Source of the DNA: Mytilus californianus
Taxonomy: Eukaryota
Direction of reading: 5' to 3'
Assembly (NCBI RefSeq): GCF_021869535.1
Contig: NW_026262723.1
Coordinates: 83,018,001 to 83,082,000 of the forward strand
Length of the DNA stretch: 64,000 bases
The notes below the pieces were generated by a model. The model worked only from the letters and a program-made list of their open reading frames with translations, was not told the origin of the DNA and made no database searches. Positions 27,570 to 41,391 of the stretch are shown here, in pieces; the first letter of the stretch is position 1, and each line of letters starts with the position of its first letter. The position numbers were made by a program, and so were the translations under genes.

Positions 27570-29624
27570 TCATGATATTATTAGTTCGAAAACTTATCTA
27601 TAAGGAAATATTTCTACTTATATCTGACCTACATATGATTTTATCTTTTCTTTTATTATAGCTTGTCCTTGAATCTAAGCCTATAAAGGTTTTAAGCTAT
27701 AAAATAGACCCTTTTCTAATGATAATGTGCAAGACTTAGTATACTTATAATTGAAGTGTAATTGGTGTCAAATGCAATAGTTTCCTGTAAAAACATAATT
27801 ATAGTGCATTATTTCTTTTAATAAACAATTTGCCAGACTTGGGACCAAAAAATATGTACAAGTCCAGGCCAGACATAGCATTTTCTGGCCAAAGTCTGTA
27901 TATTATAATGTAAAGGCCATTTATCTGCAATGATATTTGTGATCTAAAAGCATCGACTCTCATTTTAGTAACAATCAGTTTCACTCGTTTCGTAAGTGGA
28001 GGCATCTTCCCTTGGCATTTTTTTCCCAAATATTTCTTGGAGAATTCGTTTGACATTTGTCCTTTTTAATTCATTATTTTTGTACATGGTGATCTTATAT
28101 AGCTTTACAACATTTTAAATATATCTGCTATCTTTTCGTTTCTTTTCATTTCTTGTCTTTTCGATTTTTAAAAATGTTCACGAAAAGCATAACATACCAA
28201 ACAGATTTCACTTAAAAAAGAGAACAACTTACCAGAAAAAGACACAAAAAGGCTCAAAACAACAAGATGCATGGCAATGTTCATCTGTTCCGTAGAGAAC
28301 TATTGTTGGTTATGGTATTACTAATTTCAATTATTTCCTTGGTTGAATTTATTGGACTATATTTAAACCAATTAATGACTATATATAGTTTTGATAAATT
28401 ATTCTTGAATATTTTTATAATATAAACTTCAAATTAGAAATTCCTCACGGAAATCTTCATACCAATTGCAAATATATTATGACAAACGGGATAACTTTTC
28501 CTATGGATTATATTTCGTTCCTTAATGGTAATTATATGTTGGCTTCTTCTTATTCTATATTCACGTGTACGCAGTGTTGTTTCATGTTTCGGTGAATCTA
28601 ATATTTTCATTTTTTAAGAGTTTTAGCAACAAAGATTAATCTAGATATTTTAAAGATTAGTCTAGTAAACTGGGATTTATTTTATCCTTTTTTATTATAG
28701 AAAGTTGATTTAAGATCTTTGTTTGGTTCATCTTACTTAACACACCAATGTTATTGTTTCATGATATCACCTTGCATTTTCTTGCTGCAGTCCTTTTGCC
28801 CAAATTGTTATTGTGAAGATATTTCATTTTCGCAAAATTTTATTTTTCAAAAGTATCAATTGCGCCGGAATAAGGAATTTATTTTTTTGGCGAAACGGAT
28901 ATCTCTCTATGTTGTTAGGATTGATGTGAAATTCATTTTGTCAGTTTAGAACACGGCAAAACATTTTTATCTTTTCTGTATTGTAATTATTTTATGATGT
29001 TTTCGTTTCTTTATCTCTGCATTTGATTGCTACATAGTCTACGTGGTTTTACCGTGACCGATGTTTAAGGATGTTCGCTGATCTTGTTTTTGACTTTTTG
29101 TCAGATATTCGTAATCCTCTAGTTTTATCCATGTAGTGCCATTAAAAAATTTGCCCATTAAGACTTACTTTTCTTATCATAATTTCTTAACATATAGTTT
29201 TAAAAGCCGTTATTGAAAATCTTATGAAGATCTCTTGACTGTTTTTAAAGACAACACATTTGTGTGAAAAATTGATAACACAAACCGGTTTTCTTCGAGG
29301 GATATTTGTCATCAGATACTAGTATCCTCCAAGATACTGTTTTAACATGCAAGGGTAGAGAGCTTGAAATAAAAGTTGAGTATGCTACACACAGAATTTA
29401 GCTTGTACAAGTATTTTATCATGTGGAGGGTCCTCGGAATGTAGGAATCAACTTACTCAACGAGCAATTTTTGAAGAAGACGGCGATGAAAACGATGTCT
29501 GAACAAAATATGCAATGTCAGAAATATATGGAAAATTATTTCTTATAAATATATAACAGTAGAACTAATGGAGGGTGGATACAGCTTTGACTATGCCGAA
29601 TGTTTAAACCCATGGATAAACCAT

Positions 29625-31780
29625 GATTCAAGATTCAAGATTCAAGATTTTATTGTCCAATCATGGGCCCTCAAGGGGCATATACACAAAATACAACAGT
29701 TTTACAATGATTATCATGACAACAATTTATTATTTGGGTACATTGGTAGTGTACAAATGTTTGTACTAAAATGAAGCAAACAATATATTGTATAATACTT
29801 TCATGGAATATAAGATATTTAATTTTAGCATACATTTAAATTGGAAGGTTTTCTGAAATAAATTCACTTATTTTCAATGTAATTTTTGTATCTTCCATAG
29901 TCATTAACCATATAAATTTGTTAAGACAAGACAAGTTTGAAAAAGATGGACATTCTTTGGTAATATAGCAAAGTGCTGATTAAAAAAAGAACATTGTAGA
30001 GGAAAATGAATTTCATCCTCAACATCATCAGAAAAACACCTGTCATATATTCTTTCTTCATAAGGCAAATTTGGCTTAATATATCGTCCAGTTTCAACTT
30101 TAAGTTTGTGATTACTTATTCTGAACTTTGTATAGTTTTTTTCTATTTTTGAAGTCTTGAATAAAATCCAGATATTTCTCACGTTCAAATGAACATTTAA
30201 ATTTTAAATATGTCCGTAGTTAACCATTTTCCATGATCAACTTGTGTTATAAGTTTCCATAGGGCCTTATTTGCCTTTTTATGAAGTTCATGTTGTAATC
30301 CAGTGAAGGAGCCAGAGCAGGAGAACATGATGCCCAGGTATTTAAATGATTTCACACATTCCTGGGTTGTCCAATTAAGGTGAATGTGTCACGTAATAAC
30401 TTTCCAGATTTATTAAATATTACAATTTTGGTTTTGTTTATATTTACTTTTAGGCACCAGTCATCACAGAATTTTTGTAATCTACTGAGCTTGTTTTGGA
30501 GGCCTATAGCAGAATGTGATAGTATAATAACGTCATCTGCATACATTAGACAATCAATTCTAAGTTTATTTAAAATTATTACATTGGTTGCAATGAATTA
30601 CATTGATTTCCCAGTGAAATAAAAACCGATAATTTCACATGTGAAATAAACGTGGTTATTTCACTCCTCTGACGTCATACAACAATAGGCGTTGTCAAGA
30701 CGTCGATAACGTCGGATCAAAACAAATTGTGAATGCGTAAAAAAAGATATAGTTCCTTACATTTTCTACTTTAATTTCATAAAAAAGCCATTTGCCAATG
30801 TAATAAAAAGAATAAATAATCAAAGAATTCAAATATCGAAAAATATTCAACTCGTGACCGAACAACACTGATAATTAACTCATGCGCTACGCGCATTCGT
30901 GAATTAATGTGTTGTTCGGTCACTCGTTGAATATTTTTCTCTATTTGAATTCTTCGATTAGTTATTCTATAAATAATGGACTCGATGAATCAGATAAATA
31001 ATCTGGAAAGTCATTTATAAAATTTTTAAATAGATTTGGGCTCAGGACATCCCCCTGCCTGACACCAACACTAGAGCCAAAAGGTTCAGTTAACTCACCA
31101 GATATTTTAACACATAATGTTGATTAAGTATACATATCTTTGAGCAAATTGTAAAATAACCCACCAACATTGGCTTTCATGAGTTTAACATTTATGGCAG
31201 TATGTATGACTGTGTCGAATGCGTTTTGAAAATAAGGGCTTTAAGAACAAACATATGATCTGATGTCCTAGATTCTTTAGAAAAACCAATTTGAACAGGA
31301 TTGAAAAAAACTGTTTTTCTCCAGAAAGTGATCTAGTCTGTTATTAAGGACTGAATTAAGAAGTTTGCTTAAGGACCCTGTTACTGCAATACCCCTGTAG
31401 TTTTCTGGTTTTGAGAGATCTCCGGTTTTGGGGATTGGAGAAATATACCCTTTTATCCAATTAGTTGGGTATTTGCCAACTGTTAAAATTTTATTAAACA
31501 AAAAGCAAAGAGGGGATATTAAAATATTTTGACCTGCTTTAAGCATGTCATTAGTTATAAGTTGTATTCCTCCAGCATTATTGTTTTTCAATTTATTAAT
31601 TGTTGATGTGATCTCTTTCTCTGATATTTTAAAATCCATCTCATTGAAAGGCATACATTTGTTTTCCAATTTTGTCAAAACTGATTTTAAAGTTTTTAGC
31701 CTACATTCATATTTTGGATTTAAAGAGTTTAAATTCTTAAAGTGTTCATAGAATTTATTAGTAGGGTGCCCAGTCAACGA
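29625..31780 (-). mobile_element. 3' part of an RTE/RTEX-like LINE (RT to 3' tail), frameshifted and interrupted
   Basis: FYEHFKNL, PENYRGIAV, GV.QG..LSP-like segment, MYADDV, FRISNHKLKVETGRY..C..DEIHF.LQC. The 3' end reads AATAAAATC(TTGAATC)3 at 29653-29625, a short tandem tail typical of RTE-group LINEs. Confidence 0.85.
30577..30970. mobile_element. Palindromic non-autonomous element A (Crypton-like, tentative) inserted in the LINE RT
   Basis: Removing it restores ESIILNKLRIDCLMYADD with a 4-bp AAAT overlap. Contains a ~158-bp palindrome (30810-30967, centre ATGCGC-TAC-GCGCAT), a short IR TATTACATTGG/CCAATGTAATA and TGACGTCA at 30670. Confidence 0.6.
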
Positions 31781-32610
31781 ATTTTATCGATTTGGGTTAA
31801 CGGAATAACACACGGCTGTATTTGATATCATTGGAAAGAGGAGAACAAGCCTCATCGAAATATTGATGTCGTCGTTGTCTACAGTGGTCACGATTTTCTT
31901 GAACTTGGGTCAAAGGTCAAAGCTAAAATTTCAAGGAAAACGCAGCGTCACGTTTAGACAGCTGGTCGCCCCTACATATACTGCGTTAAAAGCAAAATGA
32001 ATTCGAATAATTCAAAGGATTATAACTATAGTTTCTATATTTAGGACTAATTTGATATTTATGTTGCCAAATATGGTTTGAGATTGACATTTGTACTTAT
32101 AGGGTGCACATTTACAATTTTCATTCAGCTGCTAAACAACAGTGACCTTGACCTATCAAAATTTCCAAATTCGAATTTTTTCATAACATTCGATACAAGT
32201 GATCTCTAGAAATGTTTTTAGATATTAACATTTATAAGTTGCCCTTCCAAAATGTTATTTTTTCCGTCTTTTGATAGGTGTTCGTAACGATTTTCTGGGA
32301 AAATATCCAGTTTTCTTTTGGAGAGTGTGGATACACATAGAATTGTACTTAGTTCCAAAACTGGTGTAATATTAACGTATAATGCATTGAATTAGCAGGT
32401 CTGAGTATATCTTTGCATTATAGAAATAAGAAAGACTGCAAACTGTAAAAAGGGGGAGGGTTGTCCGTCAAAGTTATGAAAACAAAATGACAATTAGGAA
32501 CAGGTTAATCACTCCATCTTACACACTTATATGCCTTATTGAACATATTTAGGCCTACAATTGACATGAAGTTTATGTACAAAAAGAGAAATATAGATCT
32601 CTGATTTTGT

Positions 32611-33006
32611 TATCCTCATATGAGGTTATATCTACGAGCACGCGAGTTAATATAGATCAGAATTTTAATCAGATTGAAACAACATAGAAAAATTGCCTAA
32701 GCTAGCAGTAACTTTTACGTTTCATTGCCTTCTGTTAAGTTGAAAGCCCACCGAACATGCAGGTTTAGGTTAGAGAACTAATTTCAGATGGTGGAGGCGG
32801 CAACATTTTGATATCCTCATATGAGGTTATATCTACGAGCACGCGAGTTAATATAGATCAGAATTTTAATCAGATTGAAACAACATAGAAAAATTGCCTA
32901 AGCTAGCAGTAACTTTTACGTTTCATTGCCTTCTGTTAAGTTGAAAGCCCACCGAACATGCAGGTTTAGGTTAGAGAACTAATTTCAGATGGTGGAGGCG
33001 GCAACA
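32611..33006 (+). repeat. Two apparently identical 195-bp direct repeats with a 6-bp spacer
   Basis: 32611-32805 matches 32812-33006. A separate 37-bp duplication lies at 33131-33204. Confidence 0.9.
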
Positions 33007-35458
33007 CCGTAAACTATTTGTATATATCAGAGGGTAGAGGAATCGGATTATCATACTTTGTATATATATCCATTGTGTTACGAAGTTCCCGTCTGTCATA
33101 TAATTATTTTCCTTGACCTCATTTTCATGGTTTAGTGACTGCTAAAACTGTATAGCTTTTTTTCGTATTTAGTGACTGCTAAAACTGTATAGCTTTTTTT
33201 CGTAATGTGAATGTCTCACTTGTGAGTTTGAATGTCCCTTTGGTATCCTTCGCGTGTCTTTTGTCATGAGTTCTAGGATAACAAGGTTAAGTTTTAGTGG
33301 TCAAGTCCTTATCTCAGATACTATAATTAAGTAGTTGGTCAAATATATTTGGTGTATGGGATGGTAGCAAGTGTACATGTCTTTGTGGCCGAGTTTATCT
33401 GACCTTACCTCATTTGCATGGAACATTGATAATGTTAATTTTATGTAATACTTCTATAACATAAAAATAAGGAGATGCAGAAATAAGCAGTTATAGGCAA
33501 CCGTACGGTCTTCAACAATTAGAAAAACCCATACCGTATGGTTGTCTATAAAAGACCCGGATATAAAAAAAATTGAAACAATTCATTTGAGAAAACTAAC
33601 GGACTAGTTTATAACAAAACAATTTACCAATTTACCAAAAAAAATTGACAGACTTGAATTAACGACAACCACTCAAATACCGGTTTGATCCTGACATGGA
33701 ACAGGCATATAAAGAATGTATTGATTGATTTATTGTTGATTGCTTTACGCTGCATCAGCACAAAATAATCCTTTTCTCTAAGAATTTCGATTTATACAGT
33801 CAGTTAGTAAAACATGCTGTACCAGTATAATCCTAGTATTTACGGTAATGATGTTTATGATCATACTTTTCTCAGATTATAAATTGATAACGTCCTTTCA
33901 TTAGCTTTCAGTAAGGGAACGACCAATTGATTTCGAAAGGAGGGAGGGTAGGAGGATTTTGAAAATCAATAACTTGGCCTGGTATGAACTGAAAATCAAT
34001 GACTTTGAACAAGACCGGATGAAAATGAATATTCTGCAACATGTATGTAATGCAGGATATTTAAGGATATAAATGTGTACAAAAGTGGAAATAAATTTTC
34101 GCGCAGCACAGCCGCGGAAAAAAATAGAATGCGTAGCAACAGACGAAAAAAAAATGGTCAATCCGGAAAAAAATTTCCTACTGCCAGCTTGGCACATTAG
34201 GTCATTGGCTTCAGTAGTTTGCTCGAACACACCTATTGCCAATTCAGCTTTGAAATTATAGCAGTTGTTTCTGCTGGTGTATAATTTATAGCTGGAACGG
34301 TGATACAGTTTTGTTGTCTTTCACACCGAGAGGGATTTAGGTCGAAAACATCATGCAAGACTTGATGTACCATATTCCGGGTGTGAAACGAAACCGACTG
34401 ATTTGATTCTTATACTACTCTTAAAACAAAAATATCGATTCAATGAAAAGTTTAAAGTATTGATAAACAGACAAAAACATATTCCTCCGAAGAAAATAAT
34501 AATTTACAAAGTTAGCTGGCTATTCAACACAAATAAATCACCACACAACAAGCAAAAACAAGTTGCTTTCTTTCAAAAAAGAAAAGCAATACGTGAACCT
34601 AAGACCGCTGACTGGTCACCAAAAGATTGTTGCTGAATTTTTGTTTCCATTTGAATTGAAAAAATTGACTGTGAAAAGAAGAAGATAATGATGAAGTTAA
34701 ACAACCTTTATTAAAACTATGTAATAGTGTGTACATTCTTGCATATCTCAGTTGAAAGTAATGTTGGATAGTTGTGAATAGAAATGTGTATATATACAGC
34801 TACTATTTGAATATACATTTTAAAGATCAACTATTTCATTTGTTACTTGGGATTGTACATCATTTTTTTCATAAACCTATTGCAAATCCCAGTTTGTACA
34901 AACCGGATGTATAATGCAATTGCAAAAACCAATTACAATATAAATTTAAGCACTCAGTTAGCTTTATAATCTGGATAAAATTGAGAATGGAAATGGGGAA
35001 TGTGTCAAAGAGACAACAACCCGACCATAGAGCAGACAACAGTCGAAGCATTTATTTCATCTATCATATCTTATTATTGAGTTTCCTTCATATTATCAAC
35101 TCGTTATTGAATTTGTCTGTACTCATGGTAGATATTGAATAGATAAATTTTCCATGTGAAGTGAAACCCTGTGGCATGCAACTTTTAAGAATGTTTCGTA
35201 TATATTTCTTGAGAGTAACACACCAGCTTCATTTGAACCTCTTATATAGAGACTTATTTTGGTCTCATAAAACATCTTAAATTTCAAGGATTATATCCTG
35301 ATTTTCTTAAATCAATCCAAATATTCTACAGAGAAACTTGGTTTTGAAGAATATCTTATTTTCAGAAGTTTTATAAATACATAAACATACTCTCAAAAGA
35401 ACCAATTTATATAAAAAGACATGTAGATATGAAAAGATACCAGGATTAACATGTTGCA

Positions 35459-35503
35459 CGCCAGACGCGAGTTAAGTCTTCAAAGAATCATCAGTGACGC
35501 TCG
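35459..35503 (-). repeat. Degenerate copy of the canonical hammerhead repeat family
   Basis: Minus strand GAGCGTCACTGATGATTCTTTGAAGACTTAACTCGCGTCTGGCGT; GAAA lost. Shares the AATCCTGGTATC tail with the 57921 copy. Confidence 0.6.
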
Positions 35504-37389
35504 AATGAAAAATGTGTAAAAAACAAAGCCAAACATAGTACGAAGTTAAGTAATCTATTCCTTATGTAGAAAATCCTTGGCATTTCGAAAATGTCAAAAT
35601 TTATAAAAGGACAATTACTCAAAAAAGAAAGCAAAAGAGAAACACCTAGAGGTCAGAATACCGTTTTTTAGCAATGATGATCGTGCTTGAAAATCACATG
35701 TCAAGCTCTTACTACCGCGTCCTGAATTTAGATCAGAAAAGCGAAAATTCGCATTCGCGAGTGAAATTAACATTTATGCCTGAACGTGGTATTTTTTGCG
35801 CAAGAAATAGTAAACAGAAAGCATATGCACTGATACTTTGGATAAGAATACGCATTTGCGTCATCACATATATTAATCTAATAGTTGAATTCGGATGTCA
35901 AACTACCTACCTCAAGTGTTTTGACTCCGGATTCATTGACATTTTATCCGGAATTTTTGTGAACGGAAACCGATAGTGTGCGTATGAAGAGGGTGTATAA
36001 TGTGATGAATCAAGACGTGTAGTATAGCTGTTCAGCACACTTGATGAATACAATTTTCAAAACCGTATCATAGTACAAATATTAAGATGCTATAAGGTTG
36101 AACTAATAAAAGAAAGAAAAAGAAAAAAAATGAAATTTTATAATAAACATACATTCCTGTTTGTGAACTTTTTTCCCGAAAATGGCTTGAATATAATATC
36201 AATAAACACAAATGTCAATTATTTACGGATGGACATTTTATTTATCAAATGAATCTTTTTTTGAAGATTATGAATATATTGCTATACATAATATAAGCTG
36301 TGACTTATAAATCCCTACTAAAACAGTATAAAAGAATTGACATTATGATAGTAATTAATTTTGTTATGATTATTGTAAACATTTATTACGTTTTTTGTGA
36401 GATGCAATGCTTTAAAATCCTTGTGAATTGAAACCACGCAAGTATTTTTTCATTCACGACCTTTTAAAATTTAGATATTTATAGCTAATTTTGAGTACGC
36501 ATCCCTGTTCATTGGTGCTCATACGGTACAAATAATTTTCATAAATGTAATGACTGATCAAATATGTAAGTTGACTTGGATGGAGAGTTGTCTCATTGGC
36601 ACTCATGCCACATCTTCTTATATCTAAGACATAATTCTCGTATACAATTACAATTTTGATTATATTCTATAATTATTAGGAATAAATTCAGTCTCAGTTT
36701 AACCTTAACAATGAATATTCTCTTAGTCTGGTAGTATTTTTTAATGAAATTAGATAATTTTTTTTACAGAAAAATCCTTTTGTTTGATTATCTTTCTGCT
36801 CTCCGATCACTGTGTATCCAACCTTAGAAACATATTTTTACAGAAATATCGTTTTCCTAATTTTCTTCATGCTTTCCCGACATTTTCGCATGCTGTGATT
36901 GAAATACTAAATCTCAAATGTTAAACGTTCAGTTTATTCTGGGTCATTTTATGTCAATAAACTATTCCCAGGTTTATTAATACTACACACACAACGGGAA
37001 GAGGGACCGTCTCAAAGCATGAATTATATAATTGCGTTATCATTATACTTGACATTTAATTATCATTTACATTATTAAAAACACATATTATGATATTTTG
37101 TGAAAAGGCAAATAGGTTCTAATAGTTAAATGATTTTTTGACTGCAACTTAGTCTTTATTGTTTTACTTTCCAATTTACTGTGATTGTTAATGTCACGTG
37201 GTAGCATAGCCATAGAGGAACCGTATCAAAGACGTAGATTACTACCTGTATAAATGATCGAAAACTTTCGAGAAGTTCCGAGAATTTTATCCCGACCAAG
37301 AGATAGCGAGTGGCCCATAGACACATCCAAAACTTACCCGAATAGTTCAGTCATTATATTCCACTGCTCTACGATGGCTACATTAACGC

Positions 37390-37561
37390 CTGAAGGCCTA
37401 GTCAATGAAAAATCGTCAAATAATCATTCGGAATTAGCTCGGCATTTACCTATCTTGATAACATTTAGCTATTAGCTGAAGGCCTAGTCAATGAAAAATC
37501 GTCAAATAATCATTCGGAATTAGCTCGGGATTTACCTATCTTGAAAACATTTAGCTATTAG
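37390..37561 (+). repeat. 86-bp tandem duplication
   Basis: 37390-37475 and 37476-37561, 2 mismatches. Confidence 0.9.
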
Positions 37562-37632
37562 CTGATTGGCTCTCTCTCACAGAGAGCACCAATCAAAATC
37601 CTGGATTCGTGACGCGTTTTTATCGTACATAA

Positions 37633-38084
37633 GGCCTCAGACCACAATTAATTTGCCTATACATTCTTTGTAAAAATAATGACATATAAAAAAAATTACA
37701 CCGCTTCAAACAAAATGACATTTGCTCCACATGAAGATCATCCTTTTCTCAGGAAAATATTACAATGCCAGAAAAATCCATCAGTGCTTTCGTCCGTAAC
37801 ACCTCAATACACATCCATGGGGTTCACCTAACCAACGAAAAGAAAGTAAACACCAAAAATTTGACCTTTGAACTGAAGACAATTTACAACTTTCAATTTC
37901 AAATATTCAAGTTTTGGGTATCATAGCAATTCATTCAAACACTATTCTACCAAAATTAACCAAGAAACACTCACTTTTGCAAATAAAAAGCACAGAAAAA
38001 AATTATGGAAGAAATTACCTATTTTTACTATAGGAACTACATTCCTAGACCACGAGCAAAGGGAATTAATTGTGGTCTGAAGCC
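37633..38084 (+). repeat. Left long terminal direct repeat (452 bp) with its own 21-bp TIRs
   Basis: Starts GGCCTCAGACCACAATTAATT and ends AATTAATTGTGGTCTGAAGCC (20/21 inverted match). Confidence 0.95.
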
Positions 38085-39164
38085 TATTAGACCAACTTTT
38101 TTTCATCTAGTCCTACAAAAATTCATACGAACAATGGAAAATGTATATCGAAGAACTTTACCAACTTATTTGCCATTTAAAGACGTATTAAAAAAGTTAC
38201 ATCATATTTTATGACACAACCCATGTTCACAAATATCTTATCAGTAGAAAGCAATAAAGACGAGTTAGCCCAGCAATGTTAATTTTGAAAAGTTGAATAA
38301 CTTTCCCATTTGTTGGAATATCTTTATGAAATAAAATTTAGCATGCTGAAATAGGTTTCTAGATTTAGACATAATGTTCATTTTATGGTTTTAAAACAAT
38401 TTTAAAGAGAAATAAATTATAAGAGAAATACCATAAGAAAACAATGTTTTTAATTTTAAAAATTTAATAAAAAATAGAAATCAATCTTTTTTCTCCATAA
38501 TTCTTTCATAAAAAATTCAACAAACATATAACGAAGAAAAACATCTTTCAAAAAATTCTAAATTTATTTCAACTTTAGCAAAAATTATGGTTTTAGGAAA
38601 GCACCATTTCAAAGTAATTTCTTTCTTTTCGCATGTATTATAACAACCACTAGATGAGATTTTTTTTTCTGTAAAACATAAAAATTATACATTTTAAGTT
38701 GTATAGGAACATTTTCTAAGTAATATTCTAATTTTTAATTTAAAAAAGAAGAATTCTAGTCATGCAGGTCTATGATTTTTTTTCAATTAAAGTTAAAAAT
38801 GTCCTTTTCAAATTTTGTTCTGAAAATAAAATTCAAAATTAAATTCCATTTCATTTACATTTAAGTAAATATATGTTTTGATAGACTGACTAATCCTAAA
38901 TAAAACATATGTTATCAACCAATATGGAAATAATGTTTGTTTAATATGAAAAAAATGATTCTTAAAGGATGCCCCCTGCTCAGACTACAATAAGTGTACA
39001 TACAACTGCGGTCACTTAATTCTTAATTAATCTAGATAAATGTATCAAACATCACTTGAAGGCATTTACATAATAGGAACAATAAATAGTTTGTAACTAA
39101 CATTCAGCATCAAACTTCTTTAAGTGATTTTTAACTGCTGACTTAAAAAAATTTAATCGTCATC

Positions 39165-41189
39165 ATGTTCAAAAATGGTAATTCTCCATGGAATAAAAAG
39201 AAATCTGGTTTATCGAATCACAAACAACCTAAAAAATCAGCTTTCACAAAAGGTCACACTCCATGGAATAAAGGTACTGAAGTTTCCTGGAACACTGCTA
39301 AAACTAACACTACCTATGAGCGCATGGAATCCAATGAGTATGATCTTGTCGTCAAACCAAGAATGGATGGGATGCTATTAACAACTCCAGACTGCGAAGG
39401 AAATTCTGGTCCGATGTGTATCTTGCGACCAAAGAAGACTCCAACTGTTGATCTGAAAACAGAAATAAAGAACAATTTATTTGACGGAATGAGTATTATT
39501 GACAATGAGAAACTAATGACAATGATTAACAATGCAGTACATCTACATTCAATAAAATCTGAACCTTGTGGTCCGCCGTCATTTGCATACTATAACATTC
39601 AGAAGTGGGGAGTATGTTGGAAGTTTCAAGTTTACTGTGTCCGTTGCCAATTTATTACACCAATGTACAAACTGTACAAAACTATACCATCTCAGAAGCC
39701 AGGTCCAGATCCAGCAGCTGCAAATGTTGGTTTTGCTCTAGGCATCCAAGAGACAGCAATTGGAAATACTAGAGCACAACAACTACTTTCAAATATGAAT
39801 TGTTCACCACCATCAAAAAGTAGTATGCAAAGAACATCAAACAAAGTGTCTGATACATTAGTTGAACTTAACCAAGATGACATGGCTGAGAAGTTGGAGA
39901 TAGTTAAAGCTGTCAATAGAAAGAGAGGAGCCCCTGAAAATGAAATAAACCTAACTGTCGATGTGCGTTACTCAAGTAATACTATAACAAGCAAAAAGAA
40001 ACCTGGTCAGAATGCAAATCAAGCATGTGCAGTCGGCATTGAGACAGTGACAGATAGAAAGTACATTGTTGCAACCGCATCATTAAATCAGATGTGTTGG
40101 ACCGGAGCATGGTTACGCGGCAAGGGATTTACAATTGAATGTCCAAATGGACATCAAGAGTGCACGGCTGATCTACATCGTGCAGCTCCATTGTCAGAGT
40201 ATGAACTTGGGAAAAAGATTGGTAACCAGCTAGCTGTACAAGGAATTCTTGTAAAGTATGCAACAACAGATGGTGATGGTAGATCTGCAAATGGAATAAA
40301 TGATGCCATTCAAGCTCTGCATCCAATGTGGAAGGTAGAGCGGCTAGCAGATCCTATCCATCTGGGAAACGGGCAATTTCGTGCAGCTATGCGTGCTAAT
40401 TTCAGTGACAATATGTTCGGTTGCAGGACAAAAGAGCAAAAGAAAATAATTCAAAAGCTTTTCAGCCAGGACATAAAAGCTAGGTCTTCATTGATTACCA
40501 GTCATCTCATGGAAGTGTATGGCCGTGACATTCAGAAGATATCAGAAGACTTACCAAAAGCTTTCGAAGCTACCATGAGGTGTTATGATGGCGACTGTTC
40601 TATGTGCAGTACCAATTCCATAGTCTGTGCTGGTGCCGAGACCAAAAACTGGTGGAATCGTTCAATATTTCTGTCCTCATATCAGATCACACGCCTGCAA
40701 ATGAATGAAAATGATAAACATTTGTTATTTGAAATTTTAAAAATGAAACTAAGTATCAACGCTCTAGACAGTATGAAGCTGTATGACAATACGAACAAAA
40801 ATGAAGCTACGCATAGGGCCATAAGTGCAAATTTGCCTAAAAATGTGTACTTTAGCAGAAACATGAAAGGTCGACTTGCGGCTACTGTCCACCGTAGTAA
40901 CAATTCCCCTGGCACATCAACAAAAATGAAGTGTGTCAGACTGGGTATTGAACTTAGTAACCGGACAAATGCCTTCCTGGACAGTACCGATCGAGAATGT
41001 GCATACCAGAAAGAATATCAAAAAAGAGAAGAGGTACAGCACCGTAAACTTTCACAAAAGGCAGAAAACTTAGTTGTGCATAAAACATTCAAGGACTTAA
41101 ATAAAGCAAACATTTGTGATGTATATAAAAAAGGTCAACTTGATCCTGTGCTGGATGACCATGCCAGTTGTGTAAAGAAAAGACTTTAA
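39165..41189 (+). CDS. Kolobok-family DDD/E transposase, 674 aa, uninterrupted
   Basis: Candidate triad D266 (LTVDVRYS), D369 (TTDGDG), E547 (TNKNEATH); ERLADPIH motif; Cys/His clusters (H128/C135/C158/C161, C311/C326/H330/C333, C473/C478/C481/C488). Enclosed by the LTDRs. Confidence 0.88.
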   Translation: MFKNGNSPWNKKKSGLSNHKQPKKSAFTKGHTPWNKGTEVSWNTAKTNTTYERMESNEYDLVVKPRMDGMLLTTPDCEGNSGPMCILRPKKTPTVDLKTEIKNNLFDGMSIIDNEKLMTMINNAVHLHSIKSEPCGPPSFAYYNIQKWGVCWKFQVYCVRCQFITPMYKLYKTIPSQKPGPDPAAANVGFALGIQETAIGNTRAQQLLSNMNCSPPSKSSMQRTSNKVSDTLVELNQDDMAEKLEIVKAVNRKRGAPENEINLTVDVRYSSNTITSKKKPGQNANQACAVGIETVTDRKYIVATASLNQMCWTGAWLRGKGFTIECPNGHQECTADLHRAAPLSEYELGKKIGNQLAVQGILVKYATTDGDGRSANGINDAIQALHPMWKVERLADPIHLGNGQFRAAMRANFSDNMFGCRTKEQKKIIQKLFSQDIKARSSLITSHLMEVYGRDIQKISEDLPKAFEATMRCYDGDCSMCSTNSIVCAGAETKNWWNRSIFLSSYQITRLQMNENDKHLLFEILKMKLSINALDSMKLYDNTNKNEATHRAISANLPKNVYFSRNMKGRLAATVHRSNNSPGTSTKMKCVRLGIELSNRTNAFLDSTDRECAYQKEYQKREEVQHRKLSQKAENLVVHKTFKDLNKANICDVYKKGQLDPVLDDHASCVKKRL

Positions 41190-41391
41190 TGATGTAAAGT
41201 CACATATGATTTTCAATTTCACTTAACTGAATATGACTGTGATTATAATTTGGTTTTAAACATGTCAGTGAACTATTAAAAAGACTGATATTATTTCACA
41301 ATTATTCTAAATTCATTGAATGATAAAATGTGTCAGCAAAGTCATGTATACTTATCATGTTTAATTATCAAATAAGTAAAAATTAAATTAT

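Noticed and set aside
39314-40915. Antisense ORFs inside the transposase (39314-39532, 39692-39916, 40129-40326, 40682-40915)
   Set aside because: Shadow ORFs of the coding strand with no motifs.
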